Source: Candidatus Hydrogenedentota bacterium (lineage in GTDB: Bacteria > Hydrogenedentota > Hydrogenedentia > Hydrogenedentales > SLHB01). From it: 64,000 bases of DNA. The position numbers and the translations under genes were made by a program. This document shows positions 42,865 to 52,824 of the stretch, in pieces (the first letter of the stretch is position 1; every line of letters begins with the position of its first letter). The notes beneath the pieces were generated by a model, which saw nothing but the letters and a program-made list of their open reading frames with translations, was not told the DNA's origin and ran no database searches. The stretch covers positions 192,001 through 256,000 of the forward strand of contig CAVUWV010000010.1 in assembly GCA_963745075.1 (NCBI GenBank), read 5' to 3'.

Positions 42865-43836
42865 GTGAAACGGGCGGTGGTCTGTGGCGCGGGCGGGTTC
42901 ATTGCGAGTCATCTCGTGAAACGCCTCAAACGGGAGGGGTACTGGGTTCGTGGGGTCGACCTCAAGGAGCCCGAGTTTGCGCCGTCCGCGGCGGATGACT
43001 TCTGCCTCCTCGACTTGCGCGAAAGAGACGCCTGTACCCTGGCCCTCGATCTGGACGGCCAAGCGCCTGACGAGGTGTACCAACTGGCTGCCGACATGGG
43101 CGGCATGGGATTCATCCATTCCGCCGAGTGCGAGATTCTCCGCAACAGCGCCCTGATCAATATCAACATGATTCACGCTGCTGCGTCCGCAGAAATCAAA
43201 CGGTATTTCTTCTCATCCTCGGTTTGTGTGTACCGCGACATGAAACCGGGCGAACCCGAATTGGACGAGGCCGGAGCCTATCCCGCCCTGCCCGACAACG
43301 AATACGGCTGGGAGAAGCTTTACGCCGAACGCATGGCCATGGCCTACGGCCGCCGTTACGACGTTGCGGTGCGAATCGCACGGTTCCAGAATTGCTACGG
43401 TCCCGAAGGAACCTGGCGCGGCGGACGCGAAAAAGCCCCGGCCGCCCTGTGCCGGAAGATTGCAGAAACGGAAAACGGGGGGGTAATCGACGTGTGGGGC
43501 GATGGGTCGGCCGTGCGCTCGTACACGTATGTCGACGACATGGTCGACGGCATCTACGCGTTAACCCAGTCCAGTCTGGAAGGGCCCTGCAACATCGGGT
43601 GTCCCGAGTACGTCACGGTCGACGAATTGGCAGCGACCATTGCGAAGGTTGCGGGCAAACAGATTGACATCAAGCACGTGGAAGGGCCCGTGGGTGTTCA
43701 ATCGCGCAATTTCAGCAACGAACGCATGTATTCGATTGGCTGGAAGTCCCGGTGGCCCCTGGAACGAGGCATCGCCGCCACCTACCCCTGGGTCGCCGCC
43801 CAAGTCCACGCCGCCGCCATGGAAGAAACCGCGTAA
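42865..43836 (+). CDS. GDP-mannose 3,5-epimerase-like extended SDR
   Basis: GAGGFIASHL, QLAADMGGMGFI, EYGWEKL and GGREKAPAALCRK motifs. Confidence 0.85.
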   Translation: MKRAVVCGAGGFIASHLVKRLKREGYWVRGVDLKEPEFAPSAADDFCLLDLRERDACTLALDLDGQAPDEVYQLAADMGGMGFIHSAECEILRNSALININMIHAAASAEIKRYFFSSSVCVYRDMKPGEPELDEAGAYPALPDNEYGWEKLYAERMAMAYGRRYDVAVRIARFQNCYGPEGTWRGGREKAPAALCRKIAETENGGVIDVWGDGSAVRSYTYVDDMVDGIYALTQSSLEGPCNIGCPEYVTVDELAATIAKVAGKQIDIKHVEGPVGVQSRNFSNERMYSIGWKSRWPLERGIAATYPWVAAQVHAAAMEETA

Positions 43837-43843
43837 ACGTGGG

Positions 43844-44854
43844 TTAGGAGCTGGGCGGCGTTCCCGATTTCTTGTCGAATTCGGCGATGCGCAGATCGGC
43901 ATCCGCCATGAGTTGGGCCAGTTGCTGGAACGTGACCTTCGGTTCCCACCCGAGTTCCTTCTTTGCCTTGCTCGCATCGCCCACGAGAATATCCACCTCC
44001 GTAGGCCGGAAATACCGGGGATCGATTTCCACGTACTTCTGGTAGTCCATGTCGAAGTGCGAGAAGACTTCTTCCAGAAACTCGCGGACGGTATGCGTCT
44101 CGCCGGTGGCCACCACGAAGTCGTCCGGCGTGTCGTGCTGCATCATCAACCACATGGCTTCCACGTAGTCCTTGGCGAACCCCCAGTCCCGCTTGGCGTC
44201 AAGGTTGCCCAGGTAGAGCTTCTTCTGCATTCCCAGTTTGATCCGGGCCGCCGCGCGCGTAATCTTGCGGGTCACAAAGGTTTCGCCGCGGCGCGGGGAC
44301 TCGTGGTTGAAGAGGATCCCGTTGCACGTGAACATGTCGTAGGCTTCCCGGTAGTTTACCGTCGCCCAATACGAAAAGACTTTCGAGGCGCCGTAGGGAC
44401 TGCGCGGATAAAAAGGCGTTTCCTCACTTTGGGGAATCTCCAGCGCTTTCCCGTACATCTCGCTGCTTGATGCCTGATAGAACTTGGCGCCGCAGCCCGT
44501 TTTCCGAATAGCTTCCAGCAGACGAATCGTCCCGAGCCCGGTCACATCGGACGTGTAAATCGGCGCGTCGAAGCTGACCCGGACGTGGCTCTGCGCGCCC
44601 AGATGGTACACCTCGTCCGGACGGACTTCGGTTAGGATGGAGACCAGGCCGGAGTCATCGGTAAGGTCGCCGTAATGGAGGTTTAACCGATGTTCCGACG
44701 CGTGGGGATCTTGGTAAATATGATCGATGCGTCCCGTATTAAAGGAACTGGACCGCCGAATCAATCCGTGGACCTCGTACTCCTTCTCCAAAAGCAATTC
44801 AGCGAGGTATGATCCATCCTGACCGGTTATCCCGGTGATAAGTGCTTTCTTCAC
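43844..44854 (-). CDS. gmd: GDP-mannose (or GDP-heptose) 4,6-dehydratase
   Basis: [28 protein letters not shown] and [17 protein letters not shown] motifs. Confidence 0.93.
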   Translation of the reverse strand: MKKALITGITGQDGSYLAELLLEKEYEVHGLIRRSSSFNTGRIDHIYQDPHASEHRLNLHYGDLTDDSGLVSILTEVRPDEVYHLGAQSHVRVSFDAPIYTSDVTGLGTIRLLEAIRKTGCGAKFYQASSSEMYGKALEIPQSEETPFYPRSPYGASKVFSYWATVNYREAYDMFTCNGILFNHESPRRGETFVTRKITRAAARIKLGMQKKLYLGNLDAKRDWGFAKDYVEAMWLMMQHDTPDDFVVATGETHTVREFLEEVFSHFDMDYQKYVEIDPRYFRPTEVDILVGDASKAKKELGWEPKVTFQQLAQLMADADLRIAEFDKKSGTPPSS

Positions 44855-45023
44855 GAAAAAACCTTCCGCTGGCCATCGGCGCACGCCGTGGCCGTTAACC
44901 CGTGGTGCTTGCAGCGGACGATTATGGCAGATTGGAAATGCGGCATCAATCGTGCCTTCGGACGCGCGCTGGCGGCAGCACCCTGCGAACGGGCACAATT
45001 CGGCATGGAATAGGGAGATTCTT

Positions 45024-46358
45024 GTGAAAGCCGTTATCATCGCCGGCGGACAGGGAACGCGATTGCGATCCGTTACCGGTGCCGCCATGCCCAAGGCTCT
45101 TGTGCCGGTCGCGGGCGTTCCAATTATTCATCGCCAATTCCGGTTATTAAAGCGGTACGGCCTCACCGAGGTCGTTGTCACCGCAGGGCATCTCGCCGAT
45201 GCGCTCACAGCCGGAATTGAACCGGAAGCCGAACGATTAGGCCTGCACCTGCACGTCCGCGTCGAAGACTCGCCCCTGGGCACCGGCGGAGGGTTGCCTG
45301 CCGCGCAAGACGTATTGGGGGATGAACCGTTCCTCGCACTCTGCGGAGATATCGCGGTCGATATGGACTTCGACCGGCTCCGGGACCATCATAAAGAAAC
45401 GAACGCCGATGCGACGATCGTGGTTCATCCCAATGACCATCCCCATACCTCGGATCTGGTGGTCGTCGACGAAGCCGCTCGCATCCTACAGATCGTGCCA
45501 CGCGGGACGCGCGATTCTGGCGAGTTCCGCAATCTGGTATTCGGCTCGGTCTACGTGTTGTCGCCGCGCGTCTGGGACTTCATCGATCCACACTCCAAGC
45601 AGGATCTGAACAACGACGTCTTCCCCCGTATGATTCGGGAGGGCGCCGCGGTTCTTGCGTATAACACCCCCGAGTACCTCCGCGACGTGGGCACCGTCGA
45701 GCGGTTGCGCGTGGTCGAGCACGATATCGCCACCCGGCGGATGGAGCGGATGAATTGGAGTTGTCCGCGTCCGGCGGTTTTTTTCGATCGCGACGGTGTT
45801 CTCGTTAAAGACGCAGGCTCCCGAGGCGTCACACGTCCCGACGACATTCATCTGTTGCCCGGCGCCGCGGAGGCTGTCCGGGACGTTAACGAAGCGGGGT
45901 ACCTCGCGGTCGTTGTCAGCAACCAACCCGGAGTCGCCAAAGGCTTCCTCTCGATGGAAGATCTGGACCGCATCACGGGCCGGTTGGATATGGAACTGGG
46001 CAAAGTCGGCGCGTGGCTCGACCGTGTTTACTACTGTCCCCACCATCCCGAGTCCGGGTTCGACGGCGAGCGGCCCGAATTGAAAGTCCCCTGCGCCTGC
46101 CGGAAACCCGAGCCCGGCTTGATCCATCGTGCGGTCAAAGAGCTGCCCCTCGACCTCGATCGCTCGGTGCTCATCGGCGACACAGCCAGGGAAATTGGCG
46201 CGGCACGGGCAGTTGGCATACCCGCCTACGGCGTGCGTACCGGGCACGGGTGCGAGGACTGCACGGACGCACTCACGCCGGATCGAGTCTGCGACGACGC
46301 GCGTGATGCGGTGCATCGCTTTCTTGCTACCGCGAAGGTACCCGACCCAAACCGTTAA
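45024..46358 (+). CDS. Fused sugar-1-phosphate nucleotidyltransferase (HddC-like) and heptose 1,7-bisphosphate phosphatase (GmhB-like)
   Basis: [12 protein letters not shown] and PLGTGG, then [13 protein letters not shown] and CPHHP...CACRKP. Confidence 0.85.
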   Translation: MKAVIIAGGQGTRLRSVTGAAMPKALVPVAGVPIIHRQFRLLKRYGLTEVVVTAGHLADALTAGIEPEAERLGLHLHVRVEDSPLGTGGGLPAAQDVLGDEPFLALCGDIAVDMDFDRLRDHHKETNADATIVVHPNDHPHTSDLVVVDEAARILQIVPRGTRDSGEFRNLVFGSVYVLSPRVWDFIDPHSKQDLNNDVFPRMIREGAAVLAYNTPEYLRDVGTVERLRVVEHDIATRRMERMNWSCPRPAVFFDRDGVLVKDAGSRGVTRPDDIHLLPGAAEAVRDVNEAGYLAVVVSNQPGVAKGFLSMEDLDRITGRLDMELGKVGAWLDRVYYCPHHPESGFDGERPELKVPCACRKPEPGLIHRAVKELPLDLDRSVLIGDTAREIGAARAVGIPAYGVRTGHGCEDCTDALTPDRVCDDARDAVHRFLATAKVPDPNR

Positions 46359-46466
46359 ATAGATTGCTTGCGAAGCTTGCCATTCTCGTCATTCTGAGCG
46401 GGCACCTCTATCGAGGTTGTTGGAACCAAGAACAGTCGAGCATGGTTGCGACCTACATTACTCTCT

Positions 46467-46552
46467 AAATCGGGATCGAAATCGGGATCAAAATCGGGAT
46501 CGAAGCTGGAAGCGCAAAGCACTTCCGATTTCGATCCCGATCCCGATCCCGA
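46467..46552. repeat. Inverted pair of hexamer tracts (ATCGGG/ATCGAA and CGATCC/CGATTT)
   Basis: AAATCGGGATCGAAATCGGGATCAAAATCGGGATCG ... CGATTTCGATCCCGATCCCGATCCCGA. Confidence 0.75.
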
Positions 46553-46754
46553 CAATGGCAAGCCGCCGCGATTGGTACAAATCGACTTACAGAAACCTGT
46601 TCTTAGCAGCGCCAGCGAAGAATCTCTTCCCCCGCAATCTCGTTTCCTGTTTCCGATTTCCCTGCGCACATTGCTATACTTGCGCCCGAGCGCCCGCCGC
46701 ACCAGTCCGGCCGCGTTTGTTCACAGCACCCAATGACGAAGGAACACCCGTACC

Positions 46755-47324
46755 ATGTCTTACGCACCTGCCATCAAGGATTATCTGACCGGCCTTGCGG
46801 ACGTTCTGCAAAAACTCGACGTTGCGCAACTCGATACCTTTCTCCAACTCCTAGACTCCGCCCGGGAAGAGGGCCGTCAAATCTTCATCTTCGGAAACGG
46901 CGGTTCGGGCGCCAACGCGTCGCACATCACCGGCGATCTGATGAAGGGCGCCAGTTACGGAAAGGAGAAACGGTTCAAGGCGCTCTGCCTGAACGACAAC
47001 GATGCCGGTGTGCTGGCCTATGCCAACGATGTGGGCTACGACGAAGTGTTCATCGAGCAGTTGAAGAATTTTCTCAACCCGGGCGACGTGGTGGTGGGTA
47101 TTTCCGGAAGCGGGAATTCCGTCAACATCCTGAAGGCCATCGACTACGCCAACGAGCGCGGCGCGGAGACCGTCGGCTTCTGCGGCTACCCTGGCGGCAA
47201 ACTCGAAACCCGTGCCAAGCATGTCGTCCACGCCAACATCCACGACATGCAGTTCGCCGAAGATGTCCACCTGATCGTCGGTCATATCGCCATGAAAATC
47301 CTCAGCGGCGGCGTCTGCCACTGA
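46755..47324 (+). CDS. gmhA: Phosphoheptose isomerase (SIS domain)
   Basis: FGNGGSGANASH, AYANDVGY, GISGSGNSVN and EDVHL motifs. Confidence 0.88.
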   Translation: MSYAPAIKDYLTGLADVLQKLDVAQLDTFLQLLDSAREEGRQIFIFGNGGSGANASHITGDLMKGASYGKEKRFKALCLNDNDAGVLAYANDVGYDEVFIEQLKNFLNPGDVVVGISGSGNSVNILKAIDYANERGAETVGFCGYPGGKLETRAKHVVHANIHDMQFAEDVHLIVGHIAMKILSGGVCH

Positions 47325-47367
47325 CACGCCTGAACCCGTAACGTACGCGCCTGCTCCTCGTACCGTT

Positions 47368-47400
47368 TCGAAATCGAAATCGAAATCGAAATCGAAATCG
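47368..47400. repeat. Perfect hexamer tandem repeat (TCGAAA)5
   Basis: TCGAAATCGAAATCGAAATCGAAATCGAAATCG. Confidence 0.85.
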
Positions 47401-47455
47401 CCAAGGACTTTCGTCATTCGTCGCGGTAGTTGCTTCCTCGCACCTGGCGCGGAAA

Positions 47456-47641
47456 CACTGGGAGCGCCTGGCTCCAGCCTGGCGTTTGACTCGGAACTGC
47501 ACGTCAAAGAGAGTATCGTTGCCGATCCCGAAATGGAGTTGTCCGAATTGGCCCTGCCGATTTGAACGCCACGCGACCGTGGCACTGGCTCCTCGCAATC
47601 CTTCCTCAAGACCGCCAGGCTGGTGCCTGGCGCTCCCAGTG
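47456..47641. repeat. REP-like inverted doublet, family A, copy 2
   Basis: CACTGGGAGCGCCTGGCTCCAGCCTGGCG (47456-47484) and CGCCAGGCTGGTGCCTGGCGCTCCCAGTG (47613-47641). Confidence 0.8.
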
Positions 47642-47722
47642 CGCATACCGCGCGGTCATTCGGGGCCGGTGAGTGTCCCGCCAAGCAAAGGAAGTTTCAT
47701 TTGACCGATCGAAGTTGGAATC

Positions 47723-48691
47723 ATGAACGCGCAGGAAGTCGACGAGATCATCGCGTGCCTGCCGCGGGGTCGAACCCTATACCACTACTTCAAGGACCGG
47801 TACGCCTTGGAGTTGTTGGCGCGGTACGTCGGCCCCGGCCGGCCGGTGCGCGAGGTGCGGGCGTCCCAATTTGGCCCGTTGCTCAATCGGACCCGGGTAA
47901 AACCAGCCCTGGCACAGGCGGGGTCCGGCTATCTGACGCACGAGGCATTGCTCAACCAATGGCCTGACACCTTTGGACATTTCCGATTGACACTCGCCCG
48001 GTGGCCGTTCGGCACTCGCAATGACCGATTCTACCACCAGACCTCACGCCGGGGAACGAACCTCGTTCTACTGTTGAACTTCGCCAACGTTCATAAAGAG
48101 ATGTACCGAAGCCTCTGCTCGAACATCTCGACCGACGCGTTCCGGAATTCCTGTCATCCCGGAGCCGGCCGACGTAATTTGCCGCTTGCCTGGGCGCGAA
48201 TCGACCTGTGCTTCCAGGAGAGCGCGGCGCTTATTGAGGAAATCCAGAACGACTGGTTGCGTGAAGCGAAAGGAATCCAGCAGTGGGTTCTTTCGTCCCA
48301 GGGCCGATCGCGGCGGGGGAATGGCTGGGCCCGGCTTTGGGGCAAGGCCGTGCCCGTGACGGGCCTACTGCGGTACATCGAATTCCTCCAGCGTGAGTAT
48401 GGCTCGACCTGGGATGAGGCCATGCTATGGGCGGCCATCTGGTTCATCCGGGAGGAGCTTGGTATTCGCCGCATTTACTACCACACCTGGACCAGCGGCA
48501 ACACGCTCAAGCGATTGGATGATCCCGAATACGGACAACCTCCACGATCGTTGTACACGGCGCTGCCGCGAAAGTTCTGTTTTCAAACGTCGCGTGATGT
48601 ACCACAATTCCTGCTTAACGGGCGGGTTTGTCGGAAGCACCGCCGCATGATGCAGCGCGGGGAACTGCCCATGTATGTGCTGAACCTGTGA
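47723..48691 (+). CDS. Hypothetical protein, 322 aa, with LAWARID...LIEEIQNDW motif
   Basis: Long ORF filling the intergenic gap; aromatic/basic-rich; no function recognised. Confidence 0.7.
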   Translation: MNAQEVDEIIACLPRGRTLYHYFKDRYALELLARYVGPGRPVREVRASQFGPLLNRTRVKPALAQAGSGYLTHEALLNQWPDTFGHFRLTLARWPFGTRNDRFYHQTSRRGTNLVLLLNFANVHKEMYRSLCSNISTDAFRNSCHPGAGRRNLPLAWARIDLCFQESAALIEEIQNDWLREAKGIQQWVLSSQGRSRRGNGWARLWGKAVPVTGLLRYIEFLQREYGSTWDEAMLWAAIWFIREELGIRRIYYHTWTSGNTLKRLDDPEYGQPPRSLYTALPRKFCFQTSRDVPQFLLNGRVCRKHRRMMQRGELPMYVLNL

Positions 48692-48826
48692 GCGATCCAG
48701 CGCAGCCGAGCTGTTGGCGCGCAAGGATTTGCTTGCATAGGGGAAAGACACCGCGTAAACTCGCGCGCAGCAGCCCGGAACCTCCGTGGCGCACGATGAA
48801 TATCGGAAGCAGGCGTAAATAATTTT

Positions 48827-49972
48827 ATGGCAACGAGCACGTTCATTCCATTCAATCGTCCCGGCATGATGGGCGACGAATTGCGTTTCATCACGGAGGC
48901 CGTCAATTCCGGCAAGATCTCCGGTGACGACCCCTTTACCGGCCGATGCCAGGAGTTGTTGGAACGGGAACTTGGGGTCCAGAGGGTCCTACTCACGCCA
49001 TCCTGCACCCACGCCCTGGAAATGGCGGCGTTGTTGCTGAATATCGTGCCCGGCGATGAGGTCATTCTGCCCACGTTTACGTTCGTGTCGACGGCAAACG
49101 CCTTTGTCCTGCGCGGCGCCAAGCCCGTGTTCGTTGACAGCCGACCCGACACGCTGAATATCGACGAAAGCCGCATCGAGGAAAAGATCACATCCAAGAC
49201 GAAAGCGATCATCCCGGTTCACTACGCCGGCGTCGGCTGCGAACTCGACGCCATCCTCGCCCTCGCGTCGAAGCACGGAATCCCCGTCGTCGAAGACAAC
49301 GCCCACGGCCTATTCGGCGAGTATCGCGGAAAGTATCTTGGTACCTACGGCGCGCTCGGGACGCAGAGTTTCCACGAAACCAAGAATTTTACCTGCGGGG
49401 AAGGCGGCGCGCTGCTGATCAATGATCCCGCTATGGCGGATCGCGCGGAAGTTATTAGAGAGAAGGGTACCAACCGCGCCATGTTTTATCGCGGCCAGAT
49501 CGACAAGTACTCCTGGGTCGATCTGGGATCGAGCTTCCTGCCTTCCGGTATCGCTTCCGCTTTCTTATACGGTCAACTGATCGCGTGGCGCGAAATCCAG
49601 GCCAGCCGCGAACGCGTCTGGAATTCGTATCACGACAACCTCCGCGACTGGGCCAACGAACACGGTGTCACATTCCCAACCGTGCCCGATCATTGCGAGC
49701 AGGCCTATCACATGTTCTACATGATCATGCCTTCGTTGGATTCGCGTCAGGCGTTGATCCAGCATCTGAAGGACCAGCAAATCCAAGCCGTATTCCACTA
49801 CGTCCCGCTTCACCTTTCCAAGATGGGGAAGATCCTGGGGGGCAGGCAGGGGGACTGCCCCGTCGCGGAAGACTTGAGCGACCGCCTGATCCGGCTGCCC
49901 TTCTACAATACCCTGGAGGAAGCCGACCAGGCGCGCGTCGTTGAAGCCATCAAAGGCTTCTCTTGGTCATGA
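48827..49972 (+). CDS. rffA: dTDP-4-amino-4,6-dideoxygalactose transaminase (DegT/DnrJ family)
   Basis: IPFNRP, TPSCTHALEM, FTFVSTANAF, SFHETKN and EKGTNR motifs. Confidence 0.9.
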   Translation: MATSTFIPFNRPGMMGDELRFITEAVNSGKISGDDPFTGRCQELLERELGVQRVLLTPSCTHALEMAALLLNIVPGDEVILPTFTFVSTANAFVLRGAKPVFVDSRPDTLNIDESRIEEKITSKTKAIIPVHYAGVGCELDAILALASKHGIPVVEDNAHGLFGEYRGKYLGTYGALGTQSFHETKNFTCGEGGALLINDPAMADRAEVIREKGTNRAMFYRGQIDKYSWVDLGSSFLPSGIASAFLYGQLIAWREIQASRERVWNSYHDNLRDWANEHGVTFPTVPDHCEQAYHMFYMIMPSLDSRQALIQHLKDQQIQAVFHYVPLHLSKMGKILGGRQGDCPVAEDLSDRLIRLPFYNTLEEADQARVVEAIKGFSWS

Positions 49973-50090
49973 ACGAGAACGCTACGAAGGCGAAACCCCT
50001 GTGGTATCCTTTCGTATTCGTAATCGTAATCGTAGTCGCGAACGACGCAGTCCCCCACGATTCTTAATCGCGCAGCAAAGCGAACGCGAC

Positions 50091-50144
50091 TCCCCCTTTG
50101 AAGGGGGTCCCGCCGTAGGCGGGAAAGGGTCGAGGGGGATGTTC
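50091..50144. repeat. Solo or degenerate arm of family C repeat
   Basis: TCCCCCTTTGAAGGGGG...GAGGGGGATGTTC with an inserted CCCGCCGTAGGCGGG hairpin. Confidence 0.65.
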
Positions 50145-50173
50145 GCTCTCGGAGTCAGGCTAGAGGTCAATCG

Positions 50174-51209
50174 ATGATCCGCAAAAACGAAATCCTACGC
50201 AGCAAAGCCCCGCTCCGCATCAGTTTCGGCGGCGGCGGAACGGACGTCGATCCCTACCGCTCGCTGTACGGTGGCTGCACGCTCAGCACGACCATCGACA
50301 AGTACGCCTACGTGAGCTGCCGTCCGCGCAAGGACAACGTCATCGAAGTCCAGTCCCTCGACTACAACATCGTCGCGAAATACGACACTGCGAAGCCCTT
50401 CGTCATGGACGGCGAACTCGATCTCGCCAAAGCCGTCATCGCGCAGTTGAAACAGAAGCGCGCGTCCCGTGGGTTCGATCTCTTCATGCACAGCGACGCC
50501 CCGCCGGGCAGCGGCCTCGGTTCCTCATCGACCATGGTCGTGGCCCTGGTCAGTCTGTTCAAGGAGTACTACCGCCGCCCACTCACATCCTACGAGATCG
50601 CCGCGCTGGCCTACGACATCGAACGCAATGCCCTGGGCCTGAAAGGCGGTATGCAGGATCAGTACAACGCGACCTTCGGCGGGTTTAACTTCATCGAGTA
50701 CATCGGCGACAAGGTCGTGGTGAATCCGCTCCGTCTCGACCCCGCGACGCTCCATGAACTCCACTACTCGATCGTCCTCTGCTACACGGGCCGGACACGC
50801 CAATCCGCCGGCATCATCGATAATCAAATGCAAAACGTCGAAGAAGGCGACAAGAAGGCGGTCAACGCCACGCACGCGCTTAAAGATTTGTGCGTTGATA
50901 TGAAGAACGCCCTTTTGCAGGGCGAACTGCCCACCTTTGGCAAGCTCCTCCACGAATCGTGGCTGCAGAAGAAGAAGATCGCGAACCGCATCACCAACGC
51001 GCGCATCGACCGAATGTACGCCGAAACCCGCAAGCTCGGCGCGCTCGGGCGGCAAAATCGTCGGCGCGGGTGGCGGAGGCTACCTCCTGGTTTTTGCTCC
51101 CTTTGATCGCCGGCATCTCATCAAGAAACGTCTCGTCGAACTCGGCGCTCAACCCGTCGACTTCAATTTCGATTTCGATGGTGTCGTAACCTGGCGCGCG
51201 AAGGCCTAA
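50174..51209 (+). CDS. hddA: D-glycero-D-manno-heptose 7-phosphate kinase (GHMP family; frameshift near 51048)
   Basis: APLRISFGGGGTD, APPGSGLGSSS and QDQY..TFGG; GGKIVGAGGGG lies in the shifted frame. Confidence 0.85.
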
Positions 51210-51261
51210 GCACTACGTGCGCCTCGTGCGAGGTGTCCTTCTATGCTTGTGAGACGGTCTT

Positions 51262-51433
51262 GAAGAACATCCCCCTTGAGCCCCCTTCAAAGGGGGAGAA
51301 GTGCGCAATCACGTTCATTCATGTATGCACCATGGTTGCCTCTGAACAATGGGTATTCCCAGCATCCCATACGCAACGCAGAGCGTTGCGAGAATTTCCC
51401 CCTTTGAAGGGGGATCAAGGGGGATGTTTCTTC
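51262..51433. mobile_element. MITE/REPIN-like element, family C, copy 1
   Basis: Terminal inverted arms ACATCCCCCTTGAGCCCCCTTCAAAGGGGGA / TCCCCCTTTGAAGGGGGATCAAGGGGGATGT; internal ACGCAACGCAGAGCGTTGCG. Confidence 0.65.
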
Positions 51434-51461
51434 CTCTTATCGAGATCCCAACACGAGTCCG

Positions 51462-52727
51462 TTACCGCTCGTCGCGAAACGCTTCCCATGCCCCATCCAG
51501 AAAGTTATCCGCGCCCGACGCGAAGATTTGTATCGACCGGTGATTCGCGGTGTCGTTGGGATGCGAGTCCCCAGCTCCGCCGCCATATTCACCTCGCAGT
51601 TGGTTCGGATGAGAGGAGTCGCTCGCCGGGCTCGCAAGAACATTGAACCAGTCGAACACGGCCACGTTATGCAGGCCCGTGGAACTCAGGTACCTTGGCA
51701 ACCATTCCTCCGTCAGCCACTTGTTGAACGCCCGAGCGCGCCCGGCAATCTCTCGATTCGTATCGTTCCAGCACTCCGGCGGCGCGGTCACGATCACGAA
51801 CAACGTGTTCGGATTCGCGGCGAAGATGTCCTCCAACGGCCGGTACGTAGCCCCATCGTGATGGTACGAGTTCCCGGCGCCGTCTGGATGGCGGTAAACC
51901 GCTTTGTAGTTGGCGACCGTCTTCCAATCGCTGAAGGGATCGCCCGGCTCGGTGCCCTCGTCGTCAATATGACTGTTCGGAAAACAGCTCTTGTACAAGA
52001 CAATCCGGTTCACGCCGCTCGCACACCCATGCCGGCGCACGTTACCAAGATAATCGTTCAACCATAGTATCCAATGGTTCATGTCCGTCAATTCGCCGGG
52101 CACGGGTCCCAGCGAGTCGGGCCGGCCGGGATCTGCCGCCACGTCGACACCGTAGGTAATGTCGTTGCGCTCGTTGAAATAGTCCTTCGCGAGCAAGGCG
52201 TCATGCAGGCCACTGTTCAGCCAGTTCTCCCCGCAGGAGTGATGGATGAAGACGAGATTATCCCCACCGCCAGATGGCTCCGGCTCCGCTTGTGCGGGAG
52301 TTTCTGCCGGAGCTTCTGAGGGAGTGGCCTCCTCGGTCATCTGCTCCTGCGCGGTTTCGGCCGGCGCCTCGCCTGCATCGCCCGACGTCACGCGGACGTA
52401 GTCTTGCTTTATTTCCGTCGATGTGGACCCGTTCGATAACGTCACCTTGAGTGTGACGGTGTAAGTGCCAGGTTGGGCGTACTCGTGAGTGGTGTAACCC
52501 TCGGTGCTGCTGCTCCCGTCGCCGAAATCCCACGACCAACCCGTGGCGGCTTGGATGATGGCGTCGTCGCCGATGGGATGGAAGTGAACTTCGAGCGGCG
52601 CGCCCCCCGTCTCTGGCGCTCCATAGAAACTCACCACCGGATCGCCCGCCGCCGCAGTTCCCACGGGACTAAATAGCACACCGGCCAGAGCAAGGATGAA
52701 AAACGCCGACATGTATGCACGCATCAT
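51462..52727 (-). CDS. Secreted PKD-domain protein with uncharacterised C-terminal (SGNH-like) domain
   Basis: Signal peptide, WSWDFGDG..H.Y..PGTYTVTL, A/E/P-rich linker, then FIHHSCG, FDWFNVLA and DSHPN. Confidence 0.75.
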   Translation of the reverse strand: MMRAYMSAFFILALAGVLFSPVGTAAAGDPVVSFYGAPETGGAPLEVHFHPIGDDAIIQAATGWSWDFGDGSSSTEGYTTHEYAQPGTYTVTLKVTLSNGSTSTEIKQDYVRVTSGDAGEAPAETAQEQMTEEATPSEAPAETPAQAEPEPSGGGDNLVFIHHSCGENWLNSGLHDALLAKDYFNERNDITYGVDVAADPGRPDSLGPVPGELTDMNHWILWLNDYLGNVRRHGCASGVNRIVLYKSCFPNSHIDDEGTEPGDPFSDWKTVANYKAVYRHPDGAGNSYHHDGATYRPLEDIFAANPNTLFVIVTAPPECWNDTNREIAGRARAFNKWLTEEWLPRYLSSTGLHNVAVFDWFNVLASPASDSSHPNQLRGEYGGGAGDSHPNDTANHRSIQIFASGADNFLDGAWEAFRDER

Positions 52728-52824
52728 TCGTTCCCCCATTGCTGGAATTGCTCCAGCGTCAAGCCCGGAAACCCAGGTCCCGCCCCCAAACTATCAGCAT
52801 AGCACGAAACCAGCGGTGGCGTAC

